Below are positions 1-10,921 of a DNA stretch of 64,000 nt, in pieces. The position numbers were made by a program, and so were the translations under genes. The notes beneath the pieces are model-generated. The model was not told the origin of the DNA. It made no database searches and saw only the letters and a list, made by a program, of their open reading frames with translations. The stretch is from assembly GCA_040954595.2 (NCBI GenBank), contig CM082590.2, positions 4,836,001 through 4,900,000 on the forward strand. Reading direction: 5' to 3'. This DNA is from Balanoglossus misakiensis (taxonomy: Eukaryota > Animalia > Hemichordata). The stretch's first letter is position 1. Every line of letters starts with the position of its first letter.

Positions 1-1258
1 TTTAGAGCACTACATCTTCTTTTTAAAATCTCGAATACATTCAAGAATCCTTGTTGCATCATTTCCAACTTCCACAAACAAACTCATAATTGTAACATTA
101 GCTGACTTCAGTCTTGAACTGAATACACTCAACATATATTTCTAAATGGCACGCCGTCAACGCCACAGGACACCGACCTGCATACACGGTCAGAATAGTC
201 GCTGAATGACAGAGCAGACAAGTTTAAAGGAACCGCATTGATAACAGCGTCACTTTGCATGGTTTATTGCTGTCCACCACTGCCTTGCACAAATGGAATT
301 CAACTGAAACCACTCGACGTCATTTATTGCTACTAGTGTTTACCTTTACACACACAAAATACCCCTGCTGTAAACTATCAGCATACAAAGTTTAACTCTA
401 AAGTTTTTTCTTCTCTATAAAATGCAAGTATGAGTTTTACCAGCTGTTTTGTAATGCAAAATTTCCATTCTTTTGTGCATATATGTGTTGGAATGTATTA
501 GCGTAACGGTGGGGGGGGGGGGCATCTCTTTATAAAAGATTAAATACTGTTTAATCTATTGGCTGTATGCGTATAGACTTTGACGGAAACCACTCAACAC
601 ACTTAATATATAGCACAGGGTGTTTGTTTAGTCGGCAGAAAAACACTCCACCACAATCAAGTAGCTACAAACATTTTTCAACCAGATCACGATAAAGTCA
701 GGAATTATCGTGAACCAAAGGTCATACAGCTGTTTGGCAAAATATTGTCGCAAACATGGCCCCTTTAGAGCACTCCATCTTCTTTTTAAAATCTCGAATA
801 AATTCAAGAATCCTTGTTGCATCATTTCCAACTTCCACAAACAAACTCATAATTGTAACCTTAGCTGACTTCAGTCTTGAACTGAATACACTCAACATAG
901 ATTTCTTAATGACATGCCGTCAACGCCACTGGACACCGACCTGCATACACGGTCAGAAAACTCGCTGAATGACAGAGCAAACAACTTTGATAACAACGCC
1001 GCTTTGCAAGGTTTACTGCTGTCCACATCTGCCTCGCACAAATGGAATTCAACTGAAACCACTCGACGTCATTTATTGCAACCAGTGTTTATCTTTACGC
1101 ACAGAAAAATACCCTAGCTGTAAAATATAAACATATAAAGAATTTTTAAGTCTGAATCGTTCCTCTCTATAAAGTATAAATTTTATATCCGTCAACTGTC
1201 TTGTAATGTTAATTGTCGATTCGGGTATAGAGACATATGCTGGAATGTATTAGCGTAG
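1..1258. repeat. Tandem direct duplication, ~763-bp period; partial third copy near 3385-3560
   Basis: tttagagcact[a/c]catcttctttttaaaatctcgaat occurs at 1 and 764, and the following ~500 bp are colinear. aaagattaaatactgttt and caaccagatca[c/t]gataaagtcagga recur near 535-705 and 3385-3560. Confidence 0.85.
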
Positions 1259-1306
1259 CCCGGGCATGTGTCGAATTTCAGATATAAAAAAACAACTGAG
1301 ATTATT

Positions 1307-1469
1307 ATATATAATCCCATGATATTTTTATTTGTTTGACGTCATCGTATACGAGTGATTTTCGCGGAGCCGTGCAACTTCGAGCCGCAGGCGAGAAGTT
1401 GTACGCCTTCGTGAAAACTACGAGTATACGATGACGTCAAACAAATAAAAATATCATGGGATTATATAT
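1307..1469. mobile_element. Foldback (palindromic) element, probably part of a non-autonomous DNA transposon
   Basis: Near-perfect ~45-bp outer arms: atatataatcccatgatatttttatttgtttgacgtcatcgtatac / gtatacgatgacgtcaaacaaataaaaatatcatgggattatatat. Central motif cgagccgcaggcgag. Confidence 0.8.
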
Positions 1470-2719
1470 TTATCACATGAACAGTCTTCTCATTTTTCGT
1501 TAGAAGAGGTAGGATAAAAATATTCCAATATCTTGCTAAAATATTCGAGCGGCCTTGCAGTTTATTTAGCGGGATTACGTTCTTTCCCCTGTGCAACGAT
1601 CTGTGACCCTCACAAGATATGCTAATGATGGAATCACTTTCATTCATAAAGTGAAATCGACTTTCAAGTTTTATACACTTTGCGTCTTGTCTGTAGTCAG
1701 GCGGAGTAATACACTGTTTTATACTTGTTATGCGACACTTGTCGCACTAATACATTGTTCTTGCCCAGTGCGCTTACACTGGACAGAAACACAATGACCG
1801 ATGGGTCGGAAATAAGTCAAATTTTGACGGGTAGTTTTGTTATACAGTTAAGTTAAACGTAGCATGACGGAGGTTTATAAAAAACTATCAATCAGATTCG
1901 CGGAGTCAGTCACATGGGCCAACTTTGACACATTTTGCCTGTCATCATCATCGACTCGCGCTGTGTACGTGTCAACACAACGTCCTAGCAAGTGAGTCAT
2001 CGCGTCGAGTTCGCCCGCAAAGATATGCTGCAAGTTGCTGTTTGACAGGAAAAATGACGCGCTTCATGCAAAACTTTAAGAAAAAATAAACACAAGTCTA
2101 TTGCCATATATCCCCAAACCGTTAATGTGACAGGATATTAAACATTTTAGTCCAGGAACGGTGTTCAAGGTTGCGTTTGCGTCGGCCTGGCTAGTCAGCG
2201 CCGTTGTGTTTCCGCCGAAATACAAGCCTCGTACAGATCTCAGCCTCGGACCTCAGACAAATGTTTTCGACTCTTTAACAAATGAACTGCGACGTTTTTC
2301 CACGTGTTGTACATTTTGTTGACGGGTGGACAGAATACAGAGTTTTAGTCGTCCCGCTCAGCTGACTGGAAACCATATCCGTAACTTCCGTAAGCCTAAT
2401 ATCAAGTCTGCTGGCTCGCTCGGGACCAGGCTCGCCAGTTGCAAGCACACATCCACGATCGTAGCGTCGACTTTTCAAATTCTACCTTTCTCGTATTGAT
2501 TTTACCCAGCGATATTCTCATGGAACCTCATTTTTATTTCAAATATGTACAACCACGGGTACATGCACTTGTTATTCCGTTTTACAAGAAAGTTACAGCG
2601 ACGGCCGAATCAGCGAAAATAATTCCGGTTGATGACGTATAACAGGGGGTAAAATCGGATTTTTTATTCGACCTTTTTACGGCACACAGGTAGCTAAACG
2701 GGCCAGTTCATGTGATAAA
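1469..2719. mobile_element. Non-autonomous element bounded by short inverted repeats, abutting the foldback (Crypton-like layout, tentative)
   Basis: 14-bp perfect inverted repeat tttatcacatgaac (1469-1482) / gttcatgtgataaa (2706-2719). No recognisable ORF inside. Confidence 0.5.
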
Positions 2720-5700
2720 CTATACAATTCAGCACAAAGAGGGAACTGAAGAGGCTTATCAATCAAGAATTTATGAGGCGAGACATGTTTGAAGGGCAAT
2801 TGACACATGACCCACAACACACGCACTGATAAGAACACCAGTATCAGACCCACGTTGACAAACAGTTTTAGACAGGTCAGGCCAATTTTTGATTTCCATC
2901 CCTGTACCATGTTGTCCCCTCTCTGGGCGCACACCAAGTCAACCGGATACAACGCCCTCACATGTGCAACGAATGTAAATGTTTTTGTTAGGCAACTGCT
3001 TGCAGAATCTGGCCTACACCTTCATCTGGATACATTTGGAGTCAGTGAGACTCCATGTGTGCCAGTGTTAATTGTGTCATATTTATCACCACCGTTCATA
3101 CACATTAGTACTTTTGACGAAAATTGATTAAAACATAGACCAGCCACTATTCATTCTTATCAGCGCTCTCCCACTGGTACTAAGTAAATGAGTATGGAGG
3201 ACATCCGTTCCATCACATTACCACTACAAAATTAATTCTCATATTTAACCTTCCAGCTATGATGTTTTGGACTATATACATCAAGTATTGTTTTTGTTGA
3301 TATTCCAATCTGGTGATTTGTTTTTGAATTAATTTTCATACAGCCTATTCAGCTTGTAATCAGAAGCAACTTACTCTAGGTCGTAAAGATTAAATACTGT
3401 TTGTCCCATTAGATTTATGGCATTTGAAACCACGCAACACATTTAATATGTAGCTCTGAATGTTTGTTTAGTTGGTAGAGAAATACTCCACCATTCAAAC
3501 ACACAATCAAGCAGCATAAAGAAACACTTCTCAACCAGATCATGATAAAGTCAGGATTATCATGAGCTAGAATTCAAACGGCTATTTGCCATGGATTTAC
3601 AACAACAAACACAAAGATTGGTTTGGCAGTTAAGGCAGTGATTTATTGAACAATAAACTGTCAACAGTAAAGAAGTACACCAAATATCATAGACAAGAAA
3701 CCAGAAAAGGATTAGCAAGCTGGAAGAAACAGACAGAGAGAAAAACAAAAACGACATAGAAATGAGCATGAGGAAGTGGGAACAAACAAGATGGGGATGA
3801 GGTGGGTAGGTGACAAAATGAAACAGCTCCCAAGATTGCTGGAAGCCAACGTGAGGCTTATCTTACTGAGATGTGATAGAGGGCACTAGACCAAGCTGAT
3901 GATGTTGCGATATATACCAGCATTCAGAATATGGAACAGAGTTGTAAATTACACAAAATTATTACACCAAAACATCGTCTTAAACCACGGCCCCTTTACG
4001 GCAACATTTTCTGCGATGCCAAAATAGGCGGTGGTTTTATTCGCAGTTTTATAATTATTAATCGGTCAGTTCCAGCACTGGCGAAACTGCGTCTCATTAA
4101 TATATCCACATGTAAATTAATCTGTCACTTTGCCTACAGCCGAGTATTTTGATTTATACTTCAGATCTCTGTCCTGTGTGAGTGTTGGGTGATTGATGGT
4201 GATTCGCTGCTCTATTTCGGCCTTGGTATAAATCACAGTCGAGGATTGACCGTGTGTAAATCCTTTTGCTCGTGTCCGCTTATTATCCGGAGACTTCAGT
4301 GGAATCGCTCAGGTCTGACTGTCAAAAGGACACCGCTAGCACAAGTATGCAGTAAATCATGACAGGTTAAGTAGCTCCACGAGTAAACACAAGTACTACA
4401 TTAGATTACATCTGATACACATTGCACTGACTACATGATCATGTGTCTGCATGGCCACGCAATTGACAATTTACATACATGTAAAAACGAATAACCTTGA
4501 AACGTTGAACACACATGAAACATACGTAGTGCATGGAAAAGCTAAAAACAACTTCATTTTGGCTAATTGCAATCAACAAAATCACGAAATGGTGAAATAG
4601 TGAAATGATTAAATAAAGTAACCGAACAATGGAGAACTTCATAAACAAAGAGAGAAATAAAGCCGAGAAACAACAAAACGGATGGTCGACAGGATGCACT
4701 GTATTTAACTCTTGCCATCTTCCCCTTGTACAGCGCCCCCATGTGGCTAAGGGAATTGAAAGAAATTACAGGGAGTGTGGAGTACAGGCTCCATGGATAA
4801 TTAAAACACCCGCACAGTAAGCACAATTTCTGGATGCACGAGGAAAATAGAACAAAAGAGTAATCATTAATCCCAGATGAAAATCCGACATGTCTAGACA
4901 TTCTCGTCAAACCAACCCATCCACATAATAAACCGACTGAGCATTGCATGTTCACACAATTGAGTGCAAAGAAAGCTAACAGAAGACCGGTAGATACTGT
5001 AAGTGTTGACTGAAAGCGTTGGACACAAGGACCAAACCTGACACCGAAATTCTCATACTGAATGTGATAACATATACCACCCCCATTCATGTGAATTGGA
5101 ATTTATAAGAACAGAACAATATTAAAACACCCACATTCAGAAACATTTAGACATTTTGTACGCAGCAAACGTTGAATGACGTCAAATGTGTGTTATTGAA
5201 TTGCTATTCCATGTGAATTATTATTTTGCATGGTGTTTTTCTTTGGCTTCATTTGCGTGGTGGTGTTGCCATGGTGACCATTACTGGGCTGACTTGTCTG
5301 GCAAGCTAGAGATGGAGGGGTTTCCCCATCTCTCCCCTGGTGAGTCAATCACCAATCAGAAGTGCGTTCTGGGTCACGTGATGAGCCTGTCTATCATGTA
5401 TATTTGAGGGGGGAATTAGCGTGGATCTGTTGAAGGAGGAACCTGAAGTTTCAGCTCTGTGCAACTTTACCTGATTAGTCCACTTGAATCCCTATCGGTT
5501 AGCCAGGCCCGGGTCTAGCCAGCCCCGGGTCACCGATCGGAGATCTAAGACGTGTTTACCTTAGCAGCTCGGTGTGGGCCGATATCTTCATCAAGACGCC
5601 TGCTTTCCGCGTTCTGACGAGTTCTGACCGCTGTGTTTAGAGACAGCGCTGTTTGTGAGAGGCTCACTCCGGTCCGCCTGCGCCCTACCAGTTTTCCGAG

Positions 5701-5801
5701 GTATACCGTTCGGGTTTCCGTCACAATTGGTGGCATCTTCAGGATTGTTACGGCAACTTTGGTTCAGCTAAGCCCCTTTCGAATATTCGCTAAGGTCTGG
5801 A

Positions 5802-5900
5802 TCATCATCATCAATCATCAATCGAAGGGATTTATAGAGCGCCAAACTCCACTGCAATAGTGTTCAATGGTGCTTTACAATGTCAAAAATCCAGGTTGTT
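5802..5900 (-). mobile_element. L2/CR1-type 3' tail of a LINE- or SINE-like element
   Basis: The reverse complement reads ttgtaaagcaccattgaa...ggcgctctataaat followed by a (gat/tga)n tail, resembling L2-family 3' ends. Confidence 0.55.
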
Positions 5901-6909
5901 TTCAACAGTAACGTTGATTCCGGGTTCGAGAGAACAGACGTTAATTCTACTGTCATTTCTGCAGAAGCCCTGAAAACTCCGCTCGTTACATCGGGCACAG
6001 GGAGGAGGTCAGGCAGGGGTCGAAGTAGACATTTGATGTTTCTCCAGGAAATACAACGGATGAACGTGATATCGGTAGACAGTGAGATACAGTGGAACGA
6101 TCAATTTGTGATATGGCACAACAACTTCAAACATTTATACAAACGTTTGGGGAAACGGAGTGACCGTGGTTGAAACAAGTTTAGTTTGTGTCCATAGTAC
6201 GCCTAAGTGACGTACCAATGACTGGTGCGCCCTCAAAGGTAGATTATTTTGCCGCAAGGTAAATCAAACAACGTTATGGTACAGATTTTTCCCTCTGACT
6301 GTTGAGGGCTCACTGAAGCCAGAAGAGAAGGCTTCTTTCTCTAAAAGAACTTGTAACTGGGAACCAAAGTAGAATTTATTATACAAAGAATTTAATGGAA
6401 TGATTTTACGTTATTCACCTTCAACATGAGTAAATTGAAAGGTATAGAAAGTTCAAGTGTGAAGGAAGAACAACACATCCGAGAGGGCAGTAAAGAACAT
6501 TCTACAAACATTACTCTGTAGTGAGAGGACAGATAAACTGCAAACACCTTTACAGTGTATGTCCCCTGACGTGTTATTACTTAATATATTTTCAAACTAG
6601 TTGGAAAACGCCTCGTCCCTTCATCCAGAGAGCAGCGATTCTTCCCTGTCCGTTTATGCCAGACAGCTGATACGTCACCCTATTAACAGAATCCGGCGCA
6701 ACCCCCCAGATAATGGTGCAATCCAAGCTGCCTCCACCGTCCCTTCACTATAATAATAATAATAATAATCTTTATTTCAGGCTCGTAGCCCATAAAAAAA
6801 AACAGCAAGAGAAGTAAAAAACAAGAACACACACATTAAAATCTGTAGGAAAAATAATAAAATACTACAACGCCGTGGCGAGAGGGGGCGGAAGGTCGGT
6901 CTTCATCCC

Positions 6910-9717
6910 CTAATACAGAATGTTTCTATAGTGCTTCCAAAATCTTGAATGGAAATACAGGTCAGAGTGAGTGCAGGCATATACAACAGCATTACTACTG
7001 TTCAAAAGTCTTGTGGCAAGAGAGTATAACAACTTGCGATGCAACGAGCTAAAGTTCATAATATCCTTTGTGACAAAATTGTAACTTATGCTAATGTCTC
7101 GTTTCAGTTCAAAGATCAAACGCAGTGCATTGTGATAAGCAATTTTCAGATTTGACATGCATTTGGTGTTATAGTTACACCACACATTCATACAATACAT
7201 ACTGTACAGGAAACTCTTAAAGAGCGTACATTTCACACGTTGTGAACAATGATTAAATCTACGTATGAGCATATTGGCTCTAGCGTACACACAACGAAGT
7301 TGTCTATGAATGTCCGCATTGTCATCACCAGAGGAAGACACAATATAACCAAGGTACTTCTTAGTATCCACAAAGTTTAGACTTTTACCATAAAGATACG
7401 CATTTGGAACTCTAACTGGGTTCCATGACTTTGGAAAAATTGCCATACAATCGGTTTTTATAGTATGGAAAATGATATCATGTTCGTTACCATAATATTC
7501 ACAAATAGTTATCAACTTCCTAAGGGCTTTAGCTGAAGGGCAGACTAATACTAGATCATCAGCATAAAATAAATGATTTATAACAGTATTTACCAGACTA
7601 CACCCAACACCCGACATCAGAAGCATTTTACCTAGGTCATCAACATAAACGGCAAAAAGATTGGGTGAAAGGATGCTTCCCTGTCGCACCCCATTAGTAA
7701 CATTAAATGGTACAGAAATGGCAGAGGCCCAGCGCACAAAAAAGAGTTGTTCGCTATACCAGTATTGTAAAATACGAATTATGTATAAAGGTATGTCCCT
7801 GTTCAACAATTTTTTAAACAGTGTCCAGTGATTAACCCTGTCAAATGCCTTTGTGGCATCCATGAAACACAAAAAGACAGGTGTATTATGCCTTTTATAG
7901 AAGTCAATCACTTCCTTGAGAACAAAAATAGTCATATCTGTAGAGTGGCCACGTTTAAAACCAAATTGCAGATCACTAGTTACAATTAGAGACTCTATTC
8001 TTGACAAAATACACAATTCCAGCAATTTTGAAAGGGCCGTTACCAGTGCAATAGGTCTATAGTTGTCCACAGAAGTAAGATCCTTAGACTTGTCTTTAAC
8101 AATTGGACAAATAATTGCATGCATAAACTTGTCTGGTAAATAACCATGAGTGAAAAAGCTAGTAAAGCAGAGACTCAAGATTACATAAAGTATGGAATCA
8201 GCATAAATTAAATGCTCTGAAGCAATGCCATCACTGTCACATGATTTACCCTTTTCTAGCTTATTAATACAATTTTTAATCTCATCAGCTGTAACAATCA
8301 TATCTTTATGAAAATCTATTCTATCTAGTAAAGACAAGACAGACATTTTTTCACGACAAGCACTAACAGAGTTAAGAAGACTTTCATAATGATTTTTCCA
8401 CATACCAGCAATGTTATCGTGGCCACTACAGCCGCTCACACTGGTGGGAAGAGTGGCACGCCCACCCATTGTATTATGAACTGAATTCCAGAATTTACGG
8501 ACACCCCCTTGAGTCAGACTTTCTGCCATGGCATCCGCTCTTGCAATACTTTCTTCTCTCTTACAAGATCTGAGGACATACTTAAATTTGGCACGCGTTT
8601 TCCGCATAAGGTCAAACAACGGGCCAGACCTAGGCTTGCCATGCCCAATCCAAATCTTGAAGGCATCACGGGCCGCATTATGAAAATCCCGCAAATGCTC
8701 ATTCCATCCGGGCACTATATTAAAATGACCATTTGGTTTCGCCTTAGGAATACATTTCGTTGAAGCTGACTTCAAACAAGTAACAATATTAGTGTAAAAC
8801 TTATGCAAACTACAGATGTGGTCAGTGCTTTTGCAGTTAGGATCCCGACATGCCAAAACTTCAACTGGCATCTCAAAGTTACAAAGTGAATGCCTGGTAT
8901 GTAACTTGTATGAATGCAAATTATGCAAGGTTGCTTTATCCCATCTAAAATTCTCATTGGGGTTGCTCAAATTGTACTGAAAAGGCTCAGAACGAACAAG
9001 GCCACATAATCTTAGCCCTACTGAAAGAGGGAAATGGTCTGATGATACAAAGTCGTGAAGAATATGAATATCAGTAATGGCACTATGAACTGCATGTGTA
9101 CTCAAAATGTGATCTAACCAGCATGTACTCCCATGGGCTTCGCTGATGTACGTGAAGTTCTCACCGCTGCGGCCTAACTTTTCTACATCTGAAATGTGCA
9201 AATTGTTTTCATGACAAAATGTACCCAGCTCGTTTCCGAACAATGTGCCCAGGTTCGAATTGAAGTCACCCATAATAATAACATTCCCACTGTCAGCTTC
9301 ATCAATAACGTTGCTTATTTTTGCAAGGTAGGCCATAAATGTGTCGTAGTTCTCACTAGAGCAAACAGGTAGGTAAACACAAATAATAAACAATTTCACA
9401 GAAGACGTAATGATTTCAAAACCCAGAAGTCTAGTATCATCTAAGTACTTAATAGTTACACTGTGACCCAGTGACTTCCGCCACATGATAGCAACACCAC
9501 CGAACGGACGTCCAATCCGAAAGCCGACATTATCATCAATGGCCGAGATACCACAGGCGTTGAATTCCTGATGGATATTAGACAACAGCGAGAGTTCAGC
9601 TTTGCACAGCCAATGTTCTTGAATGAGGACGACGTCATGAGTGTCACAAAGTGTTTTGATCGAATCTATGGATGATTTAATCCCACGGCAATTGTATGAA
9701 CATAAGCGTAAAGTCAT
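6910..9717 (-). CDS. LINE ORF2: apurinic-like endonuclease + reverse transcriptase (~935 aa from the ATG at 9717)
   Basis: Endonuclease motifs SYNCRG, LIQEHW, GGVAIMW, MGDFN, SDHFPL. RT motifs NYRPIAL, QFGFK, FMDATKAFDRV, GVRQGSILSP, FYADD, KYLG. No stops or frameshifts. Confidence 0.95.
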   Translation of the reverse strand: MTLRLCSYNCRGIKSSIDSIKTLCDTHDVVLIQEHWLCKAELSLLSNIHQEFNACGISAIDDNVGFRIGRPFGGVAIMWRKSLGHSVTIKYLDDTRLLGFEIITSSVKLFIICVYLPVCSSENYDTFMAYLAKISNVIDEADSGNVIIMGDFNSNLGTLFGNELGTFCHENNLHISDVEKLGRSGENFTYISEAHGSTCWLDHILSTHAVHSAITDIHILHDFVSSDHFPLSVGLRLCGLVRSEPFQYNLSNPNENFRWDKATLHNLHSYKLHTRHSLCNFEMPVEVLACRDPNCKSTDHICSLHKFYTNIVTCLKSASTKCIPKAKPNGHFNIVPGWNEHLRDFHNAARDAFKIWIGHGKPRSGPLFDLMRKTRAKFKYVLRSCKREESIARADAMAESLTQGGVRKFWNSVHNTMGGRATLPTSVSGCSGHDNIAGMWKNHYESLLNSVSACREKMSVLSLLDRIDFHKDMIVTADEIKNCINKLEKGKSCDSDGIASEHLIYADSILYVILSLCFTSFFTHGYLPDKFMHAIICPIVKDKSKDLTSVDNYRPIALVTALSKLLELCILSRIESLIVTSDLQFGFKRGHSTDMTIFVLKEVIDFYKRHNTPVFLCFMDATKAFDRVNHWTLFKKLLNRDIPLYIIRILQYWYSEQLFFVRWASAISVPFNVTNGVRQGSILSPNLFAVYVDDLGKMLLMSGVGCSLVNTVINHLFYADDLVLVCPSAKALRKLITICEYYGNEHDIIFHTIKTDCMAIFPKSWNPVRVPNAYLYGKSLNFVDTKKYLGYIVSSSGDDNADIHRQLRCVYARANMLIRRFNHCSQRVKCTLFKSFLYSMYCMNVWCNYNTKCMSNLKIAYHNALRLIFELKRDISISYNFVTKDIMNFSSLHRKLLYSLATRLLNSSNAVVYACTHSDLYFHSRFWKHYRNILY

Positions 9718-9724
9718 AAAAATA

Positions 9725-10921
9725 TTAATAAAATTTACGGATAAGAATGCCCTCTGGCCAGAGTGACGGGTCGCGAACACTGTCTGCCAGGTCCCGTGTC
9801 GTTTCGATGACGAAGGATTTGTACGAGTCAAATTTAGAGACTAGCTGCTCACATTTTACTGATATCTGAAGACGGCATTTGACATAATGCTCGATGTCAA
9901 CTGGGGTGGTAGACGGAGCAAACCTTGTAACAAAAAACTTGAAGGGTGGGTTTGGGCGAACTGCTCTAATGGAGCACTCCTCACTTCGTTTCGCTGTCCC
10001 AATAGCGTGTTGAGGTCGTCTTTTATGCTTACGGGTTACAACGGTAAAACCGATCTCATCCTCCTTGTCAGGTGTGTTAGATTTTTTCATGGCAGATATA
10101 CGGCGAGTGCGCGACACATCTACACCTTTTTTAGCATTTCCACCATCTGAAGTGCACGTTGACTGAAGAACGCCTGCAGAGGAATTTGTAATGGCCGTCG
10201 GGTGCTGCTCATTGTTTGTAGAGCACTGCTGAAATACGGGGGGTGACGAGACACCTAGCGCGTTACAGCCCACCTGCTGAGTTGAGTCCTGTTTATGGCC
10301 TTTATCGATGCTGGTTTTCATTTCCCGGATTTCTTGCCGCAAAATATGTACCTCAGTGGCCAAATTTTTCATTTCAGGTAGAGCTTTGCCGTCTCTCAAT
10401 TCCGACATCTCCCGTCTCATGGACTTCAGCTCCGCCAGCAAAGTTGTAATGTCCACGTGGTTCACGTCTATTGCAGGTAGCTTGGATATGTCTTTTGCGA
10501 CGAAGCAAGGAATATCGTCGTCGTCGAGTTCATGTAGTAGTTTAATCGTATCCATTACATTATTATGTCGCTTATTGGGTCCTTGACGCTTTACAAATCT
10601 CCCGCCGTCACTATGGCAGAGTTCGAACAAAGTCTTTTTGGCAGACTCTACCTCTTCATCACCGAAATGGTCGCAACATATTTTGACCAACATGTCCGTC
10701 GTCAATAAATCAATTTTGTTCACCAAAAAGCATAAAAGCTCGTTAATTACCACTCCATTTGAGGTAGTTCTCCCTTTCCCTCCGTCAGACTTCGTATCGC
10801 TGCCACCACCCATGGCGTTACCGAAGCGTTTCTTATTACAGCCAGAACAAAGGCACATGTCACCTTGGCAGAGCCTTACTCTCGAAGAGAGCTCACCGCA
10901 GTCCTCGCATCGTTGAGTCAT
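9725..10921 (-). CDS. LINE ORF1 (~398 aa from the ATG at 10921)
   Basis: Lies directly upstream of ORF2 on the same strand. N-terminal Cys cluster CEDC..C..CLCSGC, NELLCFL..EVESAKKTLF block, coiled coil (LLAELKSMRREMSELR), and an RRM-like C-terminus FFVTRFAP...YKSF...LWPEGILIRKF. Confidence 0.88.
   Translation of the reverse strand: MTQRCEDCGELSSRVRLCQGDMCLCSGCNKKRFGNAMGGGSDTKSDGGKGRTTSNGVVINELLCFLVNKIDLLTTDMLVKICCDHFGDEEVESAKKTLFELCHSDGGRFVKRQGPNKRHNNVMDTIKLLHELDDDDIPCFVAKDISKLPAIDVNHVDITTLLAELKSMRREMSELRDGKALPEMKNLATEVHILRQEIREMKTSIDKGHKQDSTQQVGCNALGVSSPPVFQQCSTNNEQHPTAITNSSAGVLQSTCTSDGGNAKKGVDVSRTRRISAMKKSNTPDKEDEIGFTVVTRKHKRRPQHAIGTAKRSEECSIRAVRPNPPFKFFVTRFAPSTTPVDIEHYVKCRLQISVKCEQLVSKFDSYKSFVIETTRDLADSVRDPSLWPEGILIRKFY

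Noticed and set aside
9718-9831. N-terminal 38-aa extension of LINE ORF2 overlapping ORF1
   Set aside because: It starts at a non-ATG codon. Endonuclease homology begins at the ATG at 9717. A frameshift mechanism cannot be strictly excluded but is unsupported.
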